From contig CAKKNE010000005.1 in assembly GCA_918797485.1 (NCBI GenBank), positions 558,001 through 622,000 on the forward strand: 64,000 nt of DNA, read 5' to 3'. Position numbers and translations under genes: made by a program. Below, piece by piece: positions 1 through 11,440 of this stretch (positions are counted from its first letter, which is position 1; every line of letters starts with the position of its first letter). The notes beneath the pieces are model-generated. The model did no database searches. It saw only the letters and a program-made list of their open reading frames with translations, and was not told the origin of the DNA. The DNA is from Pelagomonas calceolata (taxonomy: Eukaryota).

Positions 1-107
1 TCACAAAACGGGTTTTCCGGCGCCCCGCGGACGGACTCGGGTCAGTGCTAGAGGGGCTGCTCAATAAGCGACCCTCTGAGTAGCGGGAATTTGTTCCATT
101 CTTACTC

Positions 108-815
108 CTACCGGACGCATCGCGCGTACCACGCGCTCCGCTGCGCCGCGACGCCAGCCTCGAACGCCGCACGCACAACGCCGTCGTCGGGATCATCCAC
201 CCAAGAGGCGTCGCAGGTCCCCAGGGACGACGAGACGTCGCTGGATGACGCGTCGTCCTCTCCGGGAAACGCCCGGAGCAGCGCGCGCCACTCCGAACCA
301 CGCAAGTAATTCGACGCCCACCCAGCGCCTAACCGTTCCAAATCGACGCACGCCAGCGCGAGGGGCAGGTCGTAGAGCTGCGCGAGGAGGTAGGCCGCAA
401 AGGCGCGCGAGCCCCGGCCGCAGACGTAGACCGGAGGTCCCTCGACCAAGTGCGGCGCCAGGTTCCGCGCCTGCACCACGACGTCGTCCGACACGACCTC
501 AGCGATGCGGAAGTCGTACTCGAGCCGCTCCAGCGCGCCCCTTCTTTCCCAGTGGGGATCCGGCCCGACCATCAAGAGCCCAGGCACGGCCCAGAAGCTT
601 CCGGGAATCGGGCCCGCTCGACTGCGGAAGGGGAAGGGCGGCGCCCGCGCCAGTATGGCGGGGTGCGGCCGCCACGCGAGCGCCGGTTCAGGCTCCGGTC
701 CCGGTAACGGGCGCGGCGGGTAGACGTAGTTCGCTCGGTGGTGGTCTATCGGTTCGTCGTCGTCGCCGTGCGGGAGCCAGGGGTCGTCGCTGCGCGGAGG
801 CAGGACGTCGGTCAT
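108..815 (-). CDS. Hypothetical protein
   Basis: ORF 108..842, with a probable ATG (MTDVLPP) near 815. Divergent from the oxygenase gene, with the CTAG motif between them. No family recognised. Confidence 0.45.
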   Translation of the reverse strand: MTDVLPPRSDDPWLPHGDDDEPIDHHRANYVYPPRPLPGPEPEPALAWRPHPAILARAPPFPFRSRAGPIPGSFWAVPGLLMVGPDPHWERRGALERLEYDFRIAEVVSDDVVVQARNLAPHLVEGPPVYVCGRGSRAFAAYLLAQLYDLPLALACVDLERLGAGWASNYLRGSEWRALLRAFPGEDDASSSDVSSSLGTCDASWVDDPDDGVVRAAFEAGVAAQRSAWYARCVR

Positions 816-1011
816 CGTTTTCGCAGAGTGGCCGCGTGACACTGTGGCCTTTGTCGGAGAGCGTAGGGGCAGCCCCTCACTGGCGCCGCGGCGGCCGGCG
901 TCCCGTGGCGGCGGGCGTCTGGCGCTTAGAAAGGGTCAGTTGGGCTTGTGCTGGACGTCCGCGACGCACTCGGGCTCCGCAAGCCTCCTGAGAGCCTCGG
1001 GGCGCTGTGCG

Positions 1012-1033
1012 CTAGTGTCTTACATGCCGCTAG
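1012..1033 (+). promoter_or_regulatory. Conserved CTAG promoter motif
   Basis: ctagtgtcttacatgccgctag between divergent genes. Confidence 0.65.
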
Positions 1034-1148
1034 CTCAGCTCAGCGCTCTCACGTTCAAGCGCTGCTGTCGCGACCGCTGGGCCACGAAAAAATACCTTGG
1101 TGCAGTCATTCAGACCCATATAAAGTCGCGGATCCACGCCAGCCAGCG

Positions 1149-2036
1149 ATGCGGGTCGTGGTGCCGCTCGCAGCGCTGCTGCTCGGGACGACCGTCGAGC
1201 CGCTCGCGCTGAAGAGGAGAGGAGGCCTCACGAAAAGCAAGAAGAAAAAGAAGCTCAAGAAGGCACCGCCGCCCGCGCCCGTCGCGCGGGCGCCGCGGGC
1301 GCCGCTCTCGTGGTCGCTCTCGCCGGAAGAGCACATGGCCGCCGTCTCAAATGCAGTCGCGAGCGCCGCCGACGGCATACAAACAGCGCTCGCCGACGGC
1401 AACTTCTTCGCAAAAGAGTCGTTCCTCGACGAGAGGAGTGTACAAGCGATGGCTGAGGAAGCAAGACGCCTAGATCCTACACTAGTGCCGTCACAGTCGA
1501 CGCGCTACGAAGCCGGAAATACAATCGCCTACGACAAGGAGGGCGTGCGGTCGACGCAAATTCTGGGAGGGAACGATTATGACAAGGCGCCGCGACTGAC
1601 CGAATACGTGGTTTCGCTCACGGCAGCCCTGTCGGGCGTCGCCGGGCAAGTGAGACCGCTCTCGCCGAGTCGCCAGACGAACAAACTCGCGGTCTGCGAT
1701 GCGATCGGCGCGTCGTACCCAAAACACATCGATAATGGCGGTGGTGATGACCCGCGCCTGCTGACCGCTATATTATATTTGAGTGGAGATGTCGACGGGG
1801 GCCGCTTCCGCTCATATCAAGCGACGGAGGACGTCGTCACGGCGGAGGTCGCGCCGGCGCCGGGCACCTTTGTGTGCTTCTGGAGCGACCGCCTCGTCCA
1901 CGACGTCTCCGCCGTCACCCGTTTAGATGAGGCGCGGTGGGCGCTGACCGTCTGGCTCTGCACGGACGACGACGTCGTCGAGGCGACGCCCGATGAAGTC
2001 CTAGCGGCGCACTGGCCACATCTAAGAGACAGTTAG
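1149..2036 (+). CDS. 2OG-Fe(II) oxygenase, prolyl-hydroxylase (EGLN-like) family, with N-terminal leader
   Basis: YPKHIDN (HxD), LTAILYL, FWSDRLVHDV, RWALTVW. Confidence 0.8.
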   Translation: MRVVVPLAALLLGTTVEPLALKRRGGLTKSKKKKKLKKAPPPAPVARAPRAPLSWSLSPEEHMAAVSNAVASAADGIQTALADGNFFAKESFLDERSVQAMAEEARRLDPTLVPSQSTRYEAGNTIAYDKEGVRSTQILGGNDYDKAPRLTEYVVSLTAALSGVAGQVRPLSPSRQTNKLAVCDAIGASYPKHIDNGGGDDPRLLTAILYLSGDVDGGRFRSYQATEDVVTAEVAPAPGTFVCFWSDRLVHDVSAVTRLDEARWALTVWLCTDDDVVEATPDEVLAAHWPHLRDS

Positions 2037-2041
2037 TTTGT

Positions 2042-2689
2042 TTAGGCCCAATCATCATCCCCCCCGCCGTCGCCCCAGTCGTCGCCGCCGCCCGAGTTGT
2101 GGTCCACCGGCTCATGGGACGACGACGAGCCGCCGCCGAACATCGACCCCATGACGGAATGCGCAACACTGGAACCGGCGCCGAAGGCCATGCCCTGGGC
2201 CATCGTCTGGCCCAGCCCCGACATCATGCCGCCGCCTTGTTGCTGGGGCTGGCCGAGCGCGAAGCCCTGCTGCTGCTGGAGCTGACCACCTTGCCCAGGT
2301 TGCTGTTGTAAGGCGGGGCACGGCTCGCCGATGGCCGTGGTCTCATCGGTATCAATATTCCACCAGTAGACGCCGCCGTTCGCTTCTACCGGCTCCCACA
2401 CCGGTTTTTCCACCCCAACCGCGGTGACGAGGCCCGTCATGGGGTTGTGGTAGTACGTGCCCTGCGTCTCCGGATCCACGACGGGGTGCCAGTCGTGCGG
2501 CTCCAGTTCCTTCGGCGGCGGGGCGCCTCGCGCCGGTGCGGTGTCGGACGGCGGCGGGGCGCCACGGTCCGAGAAGGCGCGCAGGGACTGCGCGGACCGG
2601 AGGGCTAGGGCCGGGGCCCCGCGGCGCCACGCTTGAGCTCCTACGGGCGCGGCGCGCTGGAGGAGGAGGCGTGCGGCGCGCAGAGACAT
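2042..2689 (-). CDS. Putative mitochondrial protein with two WW-like domains and a CHCHD2/10 (Mix17)-like hydrophobic helix
   Basis: Arg-rich presequence; W..VDPETQGTYYHN and WE..GGVYWWNIDTDETT; GQTMAQGMAFGAGSSVAHSVMG. Confidence 0.7.
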   Translation of the reverse strand: MSLRAARLLLQRAAPVGAQAWRRGAPALALRSAQSLRAFSDRGAPPPSDTAPARGAPPPKELEPHDWHPVVDPETQGTYYHNPMTGLVTAVGVEKPVWEPVEANGGVYWWNIDTDETTAIGEPCPALQQQPGQGGQLQQQQGFALGQPQQQGGGMMSGLGQTMAQGMAFGAGSSVAHSVMGSMFGGGSSSSHEPVDHNSGGGDDWGDGGGDDDWA

Positions 2690-2831
2690 CTCTGGCTGCG
2701 GGTCCTTCTTGTGCGGCGACAGGCGTCGTAGGCGGAGTGGCTTGTGGTGGACGCGTGAGAGTTCCTGGAGAGCTCGCAACGCTATGCCTGAAAAGCCCGC
2801 AACCGTGGCGTTCGAGCAAAGCTCTGGTTGT

Positions 2832-2853
2832 CTAGTGTCTTACAAGACGCTAG
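2832..2853 (+). promoter_or_regulatory. Conserved CTAG promoter motif
   Basis: ctagtgtcttacaagacgctag between divergent genes. Confidence 0.65.
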
Positions 2854-3025
2854 CGGCGGTTTTTTAGCCAGCCAATATCACGCCTGCGAGACGCGCAGCG
2901 GCCCAGAGCGGTCTCTCGGAGAAGTTCTGAACACTGCGAACCGCGCGCGGCCACGAAATCGGCACGAAACAGCAGCAAAAACACACCCCACACGGTCCAG
3001 CGCTCGCACGCCGCCGCAGACACAA

Positions 3026-4790
3026 ATGGCCACCTCGATGGAAGTCGGCCTCGGAACCGTAGAAATCGACAACGCCGACGTCATTAGATTGGTCCTCCAG
3101 TATCTCCGGGAGGCGGGCCTCACGGGCGCCGCGGCCGAGCTCGAGAGAGAGGCAGACGTAAGACTCAACGCGTTGACAAATAAGGCGTCATTGGTCGAGG
3201 ACGTGCGCAAGGGCCGCTGGGAGAAGGCCTTACCGCGGTTGAATGGGTTGGACCTGCCGCGACAAGCGTCCTGTGATTTGTGGGAACATATAGTAAGGGA
3301 ATTAGTGGCATCGAGAGAGCCCAAGGCGGCCAAAAGTGTCCTGGAGGGCGCGTCACCTCTGCTATATTTGCGCGAGACGGATCCTGGAAGGTTAGATGCT
3401 TTGAAACGACTCGTTTCCAGATCCGCGGAGTTTGAACGACTAGGGGGCCAGGCGTATAGCGCCCAGGACACGGTCGACGCCTTCCCTGAGGACTCCCGAG
3501 ATGTTAAGAGGAGAAAGCTGTCCGAGACCATCGACAGCGCTCTTGGGGAGGTGGCTCCCGAGAGACTAGCATCACTCCTCGGCGCTGCACTCAGGTGGAG
3601 AGCCCACACGGGTCGAAGTGAGGCAGGCCGCGTCGACATCTTTAGAGGTAGTGCAAAGAAGGCCAAGCTCGAGGCCGAGAAGCCACCTCGCAGACAAGCG
3701 GGCGCGTTACGGCTCGGCGAGGGCTCGCGGCCTCTATGTCTCTGTTTCAGTGGAGACGGCACGGCGCTGATCACTGGTTCGTCAGACGGCTTCATCGAAG
3801 TGTGGGATCCCGCATTGTGCAGATTAAGGCAGGACCTCGTGTACCAGGCGCGCCACGGCGTCCTTCTTCTTCGACCGCCTCTCTGATGGAGACGAGTCGC
3901 CTCGACGGCGCGAGACCGCCGCGCGACCGCGAAACCGCACGCAGGCCAAGGACGAGCTCATGCTGCACGACGCGCCCGTGTTGGCGGTACAAGCATCTCC
4001 TGATTCCACCGCGTTAGCCTCGGGATGTAGAGACGGCACTCTCAAGGTCTGGCGGCTGTCTACCGGTGCCTGCGCGCGCAAGTTCGCCAAGGCCCAGCAG
4101 GGCGCCGTGACGTGCATCGCATGGTCGAGAGACGGCAGTCAACTCATCACCGGTGGCGCGGACGGCGTCGTTCGTACGCATGGCCTGAAGTCGGGACGGC
4201 AGCTCCAGCAGTTCTCCCACTCCGCGTCGGGCTCTACCTGTTCCGTGGGATTCGTGTCCGACTCCACAATCATATCGGCGGCCTCTGATGGAAGGGTAAC
4301 GTTGTGGGACGCGCGGTCGGCGTCGTCGCTGCAGTCGCTGACGGCGCCCGAAGCCCTGGCTAAACGAGATAGAGTCGAAGTCGCCTCGACCTCAAGAAAC
4401 GTGGCCGTCGTCTCTTTGTTATCTGTCGAGGGCCCCAAATTCGTCGTGGTCGATCGATCAGCAACAGCTATCTTAGTAGATGTGCGGTCGGGCAAGGTCC
4501 ACGCGTCCTACTCGTCTTCCTCAGAACCGCAGCGCGCTTTGCCACCGGAAGCGCCGCGGAAGCCTACGACGGGTGGTGTTTTTGTGGCAGCCTGTTGTTC
4601 CCAGCCTCGGCGCGACTACGTCTACTGCGTGACCGAGGAGGGTTTTCTGTATGCGTTCGTGACGCAGACCGGCGTGTTGGAGCGAATCCTGGATCTCGGC
4701 GAGGCGTGCTCCGGCCTGGAGGCGCACCCTTCGTTAAATACAATCGCGTGCTGGGGCGCTTCCGACGTCGTCCGGCTCTGGAAACACTAA
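3026..4790 (+). CDS. SMU1: WD40 splicing factor SMU1 (exons 3026-3847, 3945-4790)
   Basis: LisH DVIRLVLQYLRE, CTLH and WD40 repeats. Splicing restores DLVYQ|AKDELMLHDAPVL. Confidence 0.9.
3848..3944 (+). other. GC-AG intron of SMU1
   Basis: cag|gcgcgc...cacgcag|gcc joins the two ORFs in frame. Shares a 30-nt block with the intron at 19431-19543. Confidence 0.75.
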
Positions 4791-4801
4791 CACTTATACA
4801 T

Positions 4802-5779
4802 CTATGTCGCCCTACGGATTATGACACCGTTGTCGATCACGGTGCCATGCCTGTCGGCGGCATGTCCTGGAACCGCTTGCAACACGAGGGGAGCCTTCTC
4901 CCTAATCTCCTCGGGCACCGGCGCCCTCCTCGAGTCATCTCCGGCGACGGCCCAGACCTTCTGGCGCGTCTTCGCCGGTAATAGGTAGGTTGCGGTCGCG
5001 AGCGACACGCGCGCCCACCGCGGTAAAGGGTAGACGACCACGCACCGCAACCGCTCGGGATAGCAGTCCGGCACCGTCCTTGCGAGCTCTCGTATCAAGG
5101 GCCAGAAGGCCGTGGCCCCGTGGTTCGGCCAGCCCTTGCCGGCTCGACAGTCGATCAGAACGACAAACTGCGCCGCATCCTCGGAAGCGAGGGCCGCATC
5201 CAACGTGCGGCAGACGTGCGCCGCGTAACTACTGGAAGAGATTTGAGACGGGTCGAAGCGCGCACCTTCTACTAACACTACACGATCACCTCGCTTGCCG
5301 ACGCCGTCGTCCTGATGTAATCGCTCGCCAAGGGCGATGAAGCGCGACGGCGACGACTCTCCACCGACTACTAACGGTGCCGCCTTCCGTTGTAATGTCT
5401 CGGCCGCGCCCTCACCTAAACGCCAGCGCTGGTAGGCCCTATAGAATTCGACGGCGCCGCCGTCCGGCCGCGCGTCGGCGAACCGTCGGAGCTCGGCCCG
5501 CGGCGCCGCCGGGAAGTGGCGTCTTAGGATAGCGACCTTGCCGTCGTCGTCGTCGTCACTACTGCTGCTTGACGGCGCGTCGGCGGCGCCCCAACGAGCA
5601 TTTCGCTCGGTCTGTGACACTTGGCGCAGTGCGAACGGTGGATGGTCGTACACATCGTCTCGCCTGGGACCGTCCCGTCGCGCCGACGCGTCGCCGTCGC
5701 TGCGAGCGCGATCGTTGGCGGCATAGGAAGCCATTGTTGCGGCCGCTGCGCGCACGGCAACTCTGCGGGCCACCAGCAT
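4802..5779 (-). CDS. CRAL-TRIO (Sec14-like) lipid-binding protein
   Basis: ELRRFADAR, FVVLIDCRAG, DCYPERLRCVVVYPLP, LLPAKTRQKV. Start uncertain. Confidence 0.75.
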   Translation of the reverse strand: MLVARRVAVRAAAATMASYAANDRARSDGDASARRDGPRRDDVYDHPPFALRQVSQTERNARWGAADAPSSSSSDDDDDGKVAILRRHFPAAPRAELRRFADARPDGGAVEFYRAYQRWRLGEGAAETLQRKAAPLVVGGESSPSRFIALGERLHQDDGVGKRGDRVVLVEGARFDPSQISSSSYAAHVCRTLDAALASEDAAQFVVLIDCRAGKGWPNHGATAFWPLIRELARTVPDCYPERLRCVVVYPLPRWARVSLATATYLLPAKTRQKVWAVAGDDSRRAPVPEEIREKAPLVLQAVPGHAADRHGTVIDNGVIIRRAT

Positions 5780-5935
5780 GTAGGGCCTCAAACTCGCTGG
5801 TGCCGGTTCGGAATCACACCCAGTTTTCTCACGCAGCGAGGAATGCTGTAGGGTCGCGATGCACGACCTTCACGTCGACGCGTATGGTTGAGCAGGGGCT
5901 GGCGAGGGGTCTTTTGGTCCAGGCTGGCTGGAGCT

Positions 5936-5956
5936 CTAGTGTGTCTCTGCCGCTAG
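5936..5956 (+). promoter_or_regulatory. CTAG promoter motif (variant)
   Basis: ctagtgtgtctctgccgctag between divergent genes. Confidence 0.5.
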
Positions 5957-6125
5957 CACGAATTCTTTAAAATTTTTGCCGAGTGGCATTTGAAGGGCGC
6001 GGGAGCGCCAAGGCAGCCTGTGTAGCTGGCATAGTGTAGCCGGCTGTCATAAGAGGCAGTGCTGACGACCGGAGGTGCTGCAGCGATCTCTAAATCCAAA
6101 AAAACTTGAAACACTGAGCAAACCG

Positions 6126-7890
6126 ATGCGCGACGACGCCGCCGACGCGGGCGCTCGGCCCGCACCGATGGCCGAGACCGATGCGCCACCGACCGACACC
6201 ACCGATGCGTCGACGGCGCCAGCAGACAACGAAGAGGCCGTGCCGCGCTACGTCGTCTTACTAGCAATGTGCGCCGCGTTAAATTCGTGCAACCTCGGCT
6301 ACGACATCGGCGTGAACAGCGGTGTGGGCCCCCACCTGCAAGCGAAAGGAGAAGGCATGAATTTATCAGACCTACAATTAGAATTATTTTTTGGCATCTT
6401 CGGTTTAGCAGCAATGCTAGGCGCGGCAGTAGCCTACACGGCGTCGGACGGTTTCGGGAGGAGGAAGGCCTTCGCGTGTACTTCTGCAACCTTCATTATT
6501 GGAGTTTTGTGGACCGCGGCGGCCACGTCCTACGCGTCATTGATGTGCGGACGCTTCGTCACCGGTCTCGGCGTCGGCCTCGGCCTAGCAATAGACCCGG
6601 TCTACATCGCGGAGGTCTCGCCCCCGAAGCATAGAGGTAGATTAGTGACGTGGAGCGAGACCGCAACGAACGTGGGTATATTGTTAGGATTCGTGTCCGG
6701 TTTTGGATTCCGAAACGCGGGGGAGGTGGGATGGCGCTCGATGCTCGCGCTGGGTGCTATTATACCGTCCGTGTTACTGGTGCTCGTGTTTACGTTCATG
6801 CCGGTCCGCGCGCGGCGTCCGTCTCTTCGCGGCGCGGCGCTTGCCGTGCCTTCGCGTCGGTGGCGTCGGGTGCCACCCATATCGCCGCGACGTCGCTTCC
6901 GTGCGCCCCTGACGCGGCGATGGCGTCTCGACTGGCGCCGCCGCGACGCCATCGACGCGACCCACCACCAGAGATCTCACGACGCCCACGACGCGCCCGC
7001 TCCCCGCGCAGGAGTCGCCGCGCTGGCTCGTAGCGAAGGGTCGCAGCGAGGAGGCCAAGCTCATTCTGCGGAGGTGCTATCCACCTAATGCTGATGTGGA
7101 CGCCGTCGTCGCGGCGATACAAGCCGCAATTACCGAAGAGCGCAACGCGTCCAACGCCTACGGCTGGTCCGCGTTGTTGTGGCGGCCGACGAAGACGACG
7201 AAGCGCATGCTCATTGTGGGCGTCGGCGTCGCGATGTCGCAGCAGACGACCGCGATCGAAGCGATCCAGTACTACATCTTGTATATTCTGGCGGACGCCG
7301 GCGTCGAGGCGCGGTCCAAGCAATTTGGGATATTATTACTTATTGGATGTATCAAGGTTGTGGTCATTGTGGTGGCTGGTAGGCTCTTTGACCACCCTCG
7401 TCTAGGCAGGAAGCCTTTATTAACGCTGTCGAACGCGGGCTGCGGAGGATGCCTACTTTTGTTGGCCATCGCGACGGCGACGAGCTCAGCACCACTAGCG
7501 ATTCTGGCGCTCGCATTGTACGTGACGTTTTTCAGTCTGGGCGCGGGCCCGGGGATATGGCTCGTCGCGTCGGAAGTGTTCTCGCTCGGCATCCGCGGCA
7601 AGGCGATGTCCATGGCGACGACGGGCAACCGGGCGCTGGCGACGTTGGTCAGTGCGACGTTCCTGTCGCTGAAGAACGCGCTGGGTGATGTGGGATTTTT
7701 ATTACTCTTCAGCGCGTTGTGTTGCGGGAACGTGATTTTCATTCGGTATTTAGTGCCGGAGACCAAAGGAAAGTCACTGGAGGAGATGCTCGCCTACTTC
7801 GAGGACCTGGCCGGCGAATCGGCGCGCAAGGAGATCGAGCTGCCTGCTTCCCGCTCGCCCGAGGCGACGCCCGAGGCGACCATGGTGTAG
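6126..7890 (+). CDS. MFS sugar/polyol transporter (exons 6126-6803, 7012-7890)
   Basis: LGYDIGV, SDGFGRR, PVYIAEVSP..RG, FMP|ESPRWL restored by splicing, VPETKGKSLEE. Confidence 0.9.
6804..7011 (+). other. GT-AG intron (208 nt) with inverted copies of the CGCCATCG motif
   Basis: ccg|gtccgc...cgcgcag|gag; motif copies at 6913-6926 and 6946-6960. Confidence 0.85.
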
Positions 7891-7926
7891 TTTTGTAATG
7901 TACATGTATTTCTTACTCACACGCCA

Positions 7927-7977
7927 CCACGCCATCGCCGCGACTCACAAGCCTCCACGCCATCGCCGCGACTCACA
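7927..7977 (+). repeat. 23-bp direct repeat x2 (ccacgccatcgccgcgactcaca)
   Basis: Copies at 7927-7949 and 7955-7977 in a convergent intergenic gap. Confidence 0.85.
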
Positions 7978-7984
7978 GGGTAGC

Positions 7985-8800
7985 TCAGAGGTCGGCGGCG
8001 AGACCCGCCCAGGGGAATTCGCCCGCGGACGTCGGCGAGGTCACCGCCGGCGCCAGGACCTTCGTGAGGCGCTCGCACGCCGTCGAGCGACTCGCGCACG
8101 TCGCGACGGTCGCCGGCGACATCGTCACCCCGCCGTCTTTGCGGACGAGGCGCACCACGTACGACAGGCGCGCCGCGCCGGCGCCGACGCTGTGAAGGCG
8201 CATATTATCGAAGGAGTTGCCCACGCCTACGGCGTTCCGCCGCGTCGTCGCGAAGAGCCAGAAGAGCGGCCGCGACAGAAAGTTCAGGAGCTTGTGCGGC
8301 CGGCTGTAGATGCCCCACTTAACGATGACGAAGTGGTGCAGCGTCGACACGAGCGGCCAGTCGAGCGTCGCGAGGCTGCCTCCGTCCGGCGTGAGGTTGA
8401 AATGGACGCTCACGAAGTCGTGGTTTCTTATAGAGGAGACGCCGGCAAATTCAAAAGGCCCGAGGCTCTCGTAGTCCCCGTGCCAGTCGACCCGCTTTCC
8501 TTGTGACTCGAAGACGACGTCGAAGGCGATCGCGTGGTCCGGTAACTGCTCGTGGATCTGCTCGCGTAAAGACGCAAACGCCTTGCTGTGAATGTGCATC
8601 GGGGCGTACTGGCGCCGGCTCCAGCCGTAGCTGCCCGCGAGGGTCGGCCCGGAGTTGAAATGGTCTTGGATCGCCGCCCGCTGCTCGGGCGCGAGGCGAA
8701 TGCTCGCCGGCTCGGGCTTGTTTCGCACCAGAAGCATGACGACGACGAGGCCCACTGCGGCGCCGGCGAGGGCCGGGAGAAAGAGGGCGGGGATCTCCAT
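7985..8800 (-). CDS. Membrane-anchored hypothetical protein, possible cupin/2OG-Fe(II) fold
   Basis: N-terminal TM helix; WHGDYES (HxD) and FDNMRLHSV. Confidence 0.6.
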   Translation of the reverse strand: MEIPALFLPALAGAAVGLVVVMLLVRNKPEPASIRLAPEQRAAIQDHFNSGPTLAGSYGWSRRQYAPMHIHSKAFASLREQIHEQLPDHAIAFDVVFESQGKRVDWHGDYESLGPFEFAGVSSIRNHDFVSVHFNLTPDGGSLATLDWPLVSTLHHFVIVKWGIYSRPHKLLNFLSRPLFWLFATTRRNAVGVGNSFDNMRLHSVGAGAARLSYVVRLVRKDGGVTMSPATVATCASRSTACERLTKVLAPAVTSPTSAGEFPWAGLAADL

Positions 8801-9271
8801 ATAGTGCGCGTATGAAACAAATGACTCTTCGGCTTCTCGTGTCTCTCGGGCCACACGCAGCGGGCCGATCACGCTGCAGTTGTTAATCCAGAGTAAGCGG
8901 GTTGATGGCTACCTCTTCGCAGCGTGAGAGCAGGTGAGAGCTCGTCTCCGTCGCGCAGGAGCCGATTTGATCTCAGTCTCACAAAATGATGCCGGCCGCT
9001 GCCGCCGAGCCGCCTGTCGTGCCTGGAGCTCCGAAGAGCCATAACCTACCCGTGCGACGACTCTTGCGACAGCTCGAGGCGAAGAAGGGCAGTTCGCCTC
9101 CTCGACGGAGGTCGAGTTGTAGCTCTCACTGGCTCGTAAAAACGCTGCCACTGACGCCTGCCGACGCGCGTTTGCAAGCAAAACACGTCCTTTGCACTCG
9201 TCACGTTTCGCACCCTTCGACTCCCTGCAAAAAGTGCAGCCGTAGGACTCGCAACCCTCTGAAAAGCAGCC

Positions 9272-10354
9272 ATGAGGCGTGTCGTCCGCCTCAGCAACTT
9301 CAGGGGCCGCCGGCACAGCACCGCCGCTGCAACCCAAGCCTCTCAGCTAGACGTGCTCATCAGGGAGCGCGCGACGGATGGGGCCATATGCAAGGACACG
9401 GGCCTGACGTACGCAGCCAAGTACGACTGCTCATTATTAGATGGTGCCACGGTCCTAGATGAAGCGACGGGCTGGGGACTACGAGTACCCAATTGTGACC
9501 TCACGAAGGCCGCACAATTCACGAAGGACGACGTCCAAGCTATAAAACGTGTCATTCAGGACGTGAGAGGCATCCTCACTTTTCCCAATCAGCAGGACCT
9601 CCACCCGAAGGACCACGTCGCGTTTGCGGCCCACTTCGGAACACCAGAAAAGCACATGGTGGCGAACGGGCTGCCGGACCACCCCGAGATCTTAGAAATT
9701 GTCAGAGAAAAAGACGCTCAAATAGTCTTCGGCGAGGAGTGGCACAGCGACCACAGCTTCCAGCCGTTACCTGCCTCCTACTCTTTTTTGAGAGCGACGG
9801 CGCAGGTGACGCCCTACGGTACAAATAACACGGAGTTCGCGCACTGCGAGGCTGCTTGGGATGCATACTCCGATACGATGAAACAACTACTCCTGCCTTT
9901 AGATGCCTACCATTCGGCAGGAAAAGCCTACGGCGACGGCGCCAAGTACGGCAAGACCACGCCGAACTCTAGGGAGGCGATGCTCGAAACCAGTTCTATG
10001 ACTTTCGCAGTAGAAAAGGAAGAGGAAATTATTCCTGATTGTATTCATCCCGTCGTCGTGCGCCACCCGGAGACCGGTAGAGATGCCGTCTTCATCTCCG
10101 AGACCTTTACCAATGGCATCGTGGGCATGACGGCGCGCGAGGGCCTCGAGATGACGCGCCTGATCCAGAACCACGTCACGCAGCCGCAATTTCGCGTCCA
10201 GGTGGCCTATGAACCTCATCAATTAGCGATGTGGGACAACCGCTCGCTGATCCATCGAGGCTTGCAAGATGATACGAGCGCGAAGCGTGTGATACAAAGA
10301 GCCTCGGTGTCGATGGCGGCGCCGCCCGTGGCGACGCGGGACTTCCTCCTCTAA
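9272..10354 (+). CDS. TauD/TfdA-family alpha-ketoglutarate dioxygenase
   Basis: WHSDHSF, HPVVVRHPETGR, MWDNRSLIHR. Confidence 0.9.
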   Translation: MRRVVRLSNFRGRRHSTAAATQASQLDVLIRERATDGAICKDTGLTYAAKYDCSLLDGATVLDEATGWGLRVPNCDLTKAAQFTKDDVQAIKRVIQDVRGILTFPNQQDLHPKDHVAFAAHFGTPEKHMVANGLPDHPEILEIVREKDAQIVFGEEWHSDHSFQPLPASYSFLRATAQVTPYGTNNTEFAHCEAAWDAYSDTMKQLLLPLDAYHSAGKAYGDGAKYGKTTPNSREAMLETSSMTFAVEKEEEIIPDCIHPVVVRHPETGRDAVFISETFTNGIVGMTAREGLEMTRLIQNHVTQPQFRVQVAYEPHQLAMWDNRSLIHRGLQDDTSAKRVIQRASVSMAAPPVATRDFLL

Positions 10355-10390
10355 GACCCCCCTTTTAAGATTCGCTCCGACTTACTCCAT

Positions 10391-11035
10391 CTATTTCACG
10401 GCCTTTTGGACCTTCTCCAGCTGCGCGGCGACGGCGTCCTTCGCGTTCGAGGCGGCGACGGCGGCCCCGCGCGCCTCCCAGCCCACCTTGGCGCCGACGA
10501 GCCCTCCGAGGACGGCGCCAATACCGGCGGTCTGGAACGTCGCCTTGATACCCGCAAACGGCCCGGCCGGCTCGGCCAGTTCGCCCAGGTCCGGGACCGC
10601 CCCGGGCAGCGACACCTTCGGCAGGTCGACCTTCTCGGGCAGCACGGACTGGACCTCGGGGGGAAGCGCGGCTTTCGCTTCTTTGATCGGCTTCAAAACG
10701 GCACCGACGGCGTTCGCCTTGGTAGTTTCGACCTGTTCCAAGGCACTGGCTTTGGCCTGCGCCACGCTGTCGACGGCCGCCTCCTTCGCATCCAACACAG
10801 AGTCCTTGGCGTCCAATACCGAATCTCTCGCATCCAAGACCGAGTCCTTGAGCGAGTCGAAGTCGAAGGCGAGGAGGTGCGTGCCGGAGAAGTCAAACGC
10901 CAGCAGGTGCGTGCCGAGCTCGTTTAAAATTGAGGCAGCGCAGGTCGTGGGCGTGCGCCGCCGCGCTGGCGCCGCGTGGAAGCCCGCGGTCATCCCGCAT
11001 GAGATCAAAAGCAGGGCAGCTCTGGCTTGGCGCAT
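10391..11035 (-). CDS. Putative plastid-targeted hypothetical protein with internal repeats and a C-terminal Gly-rich TM
   Basis: Signal peptide ending TAG-F; GTHLLAFDF x2; DSVLDA x3. Confidence 0.65.
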   Translation of the reverse strand: MRQARAALLLISCGMTAGFHAAPARRRTPTTCAASILNELGTHLLAFDFSGTHLLAFDFDSLKDSVLDARDSVLDAKDSVLDAKEAAVDSVAQAKASALEQVETTKANAVGAVLKPIKEAKAALPPEVQSVLPEKVDLPKVSLPGAVPDLGELAEPAGPFAGIKATFQTAGIGAVLGGLVGAKVGWEARGAAVAASNAKDAVAAQLEKVQKAVK

Positions 11036-11419
11036 GGTTTTACAGCCGTGGGATGCGCGACCTCGCGAGCAAGCGATGCTGGCGGGTAGAGAGGCTGCAA
11101 ACGAAGGCGTGCGCGGCTCACAACTCTCCGGCCTGCTGCCTGGCGCGAGAACAGCGCGCTTTTGTTCTAAGATTCCAGCTTATCTCGCGGGTTTCCAAGG
11201 CTGATGGACAAAGGCATAGCATGCGGAGAATAAAGCCACCACTCGCCTTCTCCCGGTGTTTCGGTACCTGTGGACCTGCGAGTCTCCTGCCCGGCGGCGC
11301 CGCGTCGTTGCCGCGCGGTCGGCCGTCACGGCGCTTCCTGGTAGCACTAGTACGCGTGGGCGCGTCCACGCGTCTATCCGGAGCAGCGAAGGGCCGCAGA
11401 CGTTCATCTCATTTTCAGG

Positions 11420-11440
11420 CTAGCGGCTGAGAGACACTAG
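11420..11440 (-). promoter_or_regulatory. CTAG promoter motif (variant)
   Basis: Reverse complement ctagtgtctctcagccgctag between divergent genes. Confidence 0.55.
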
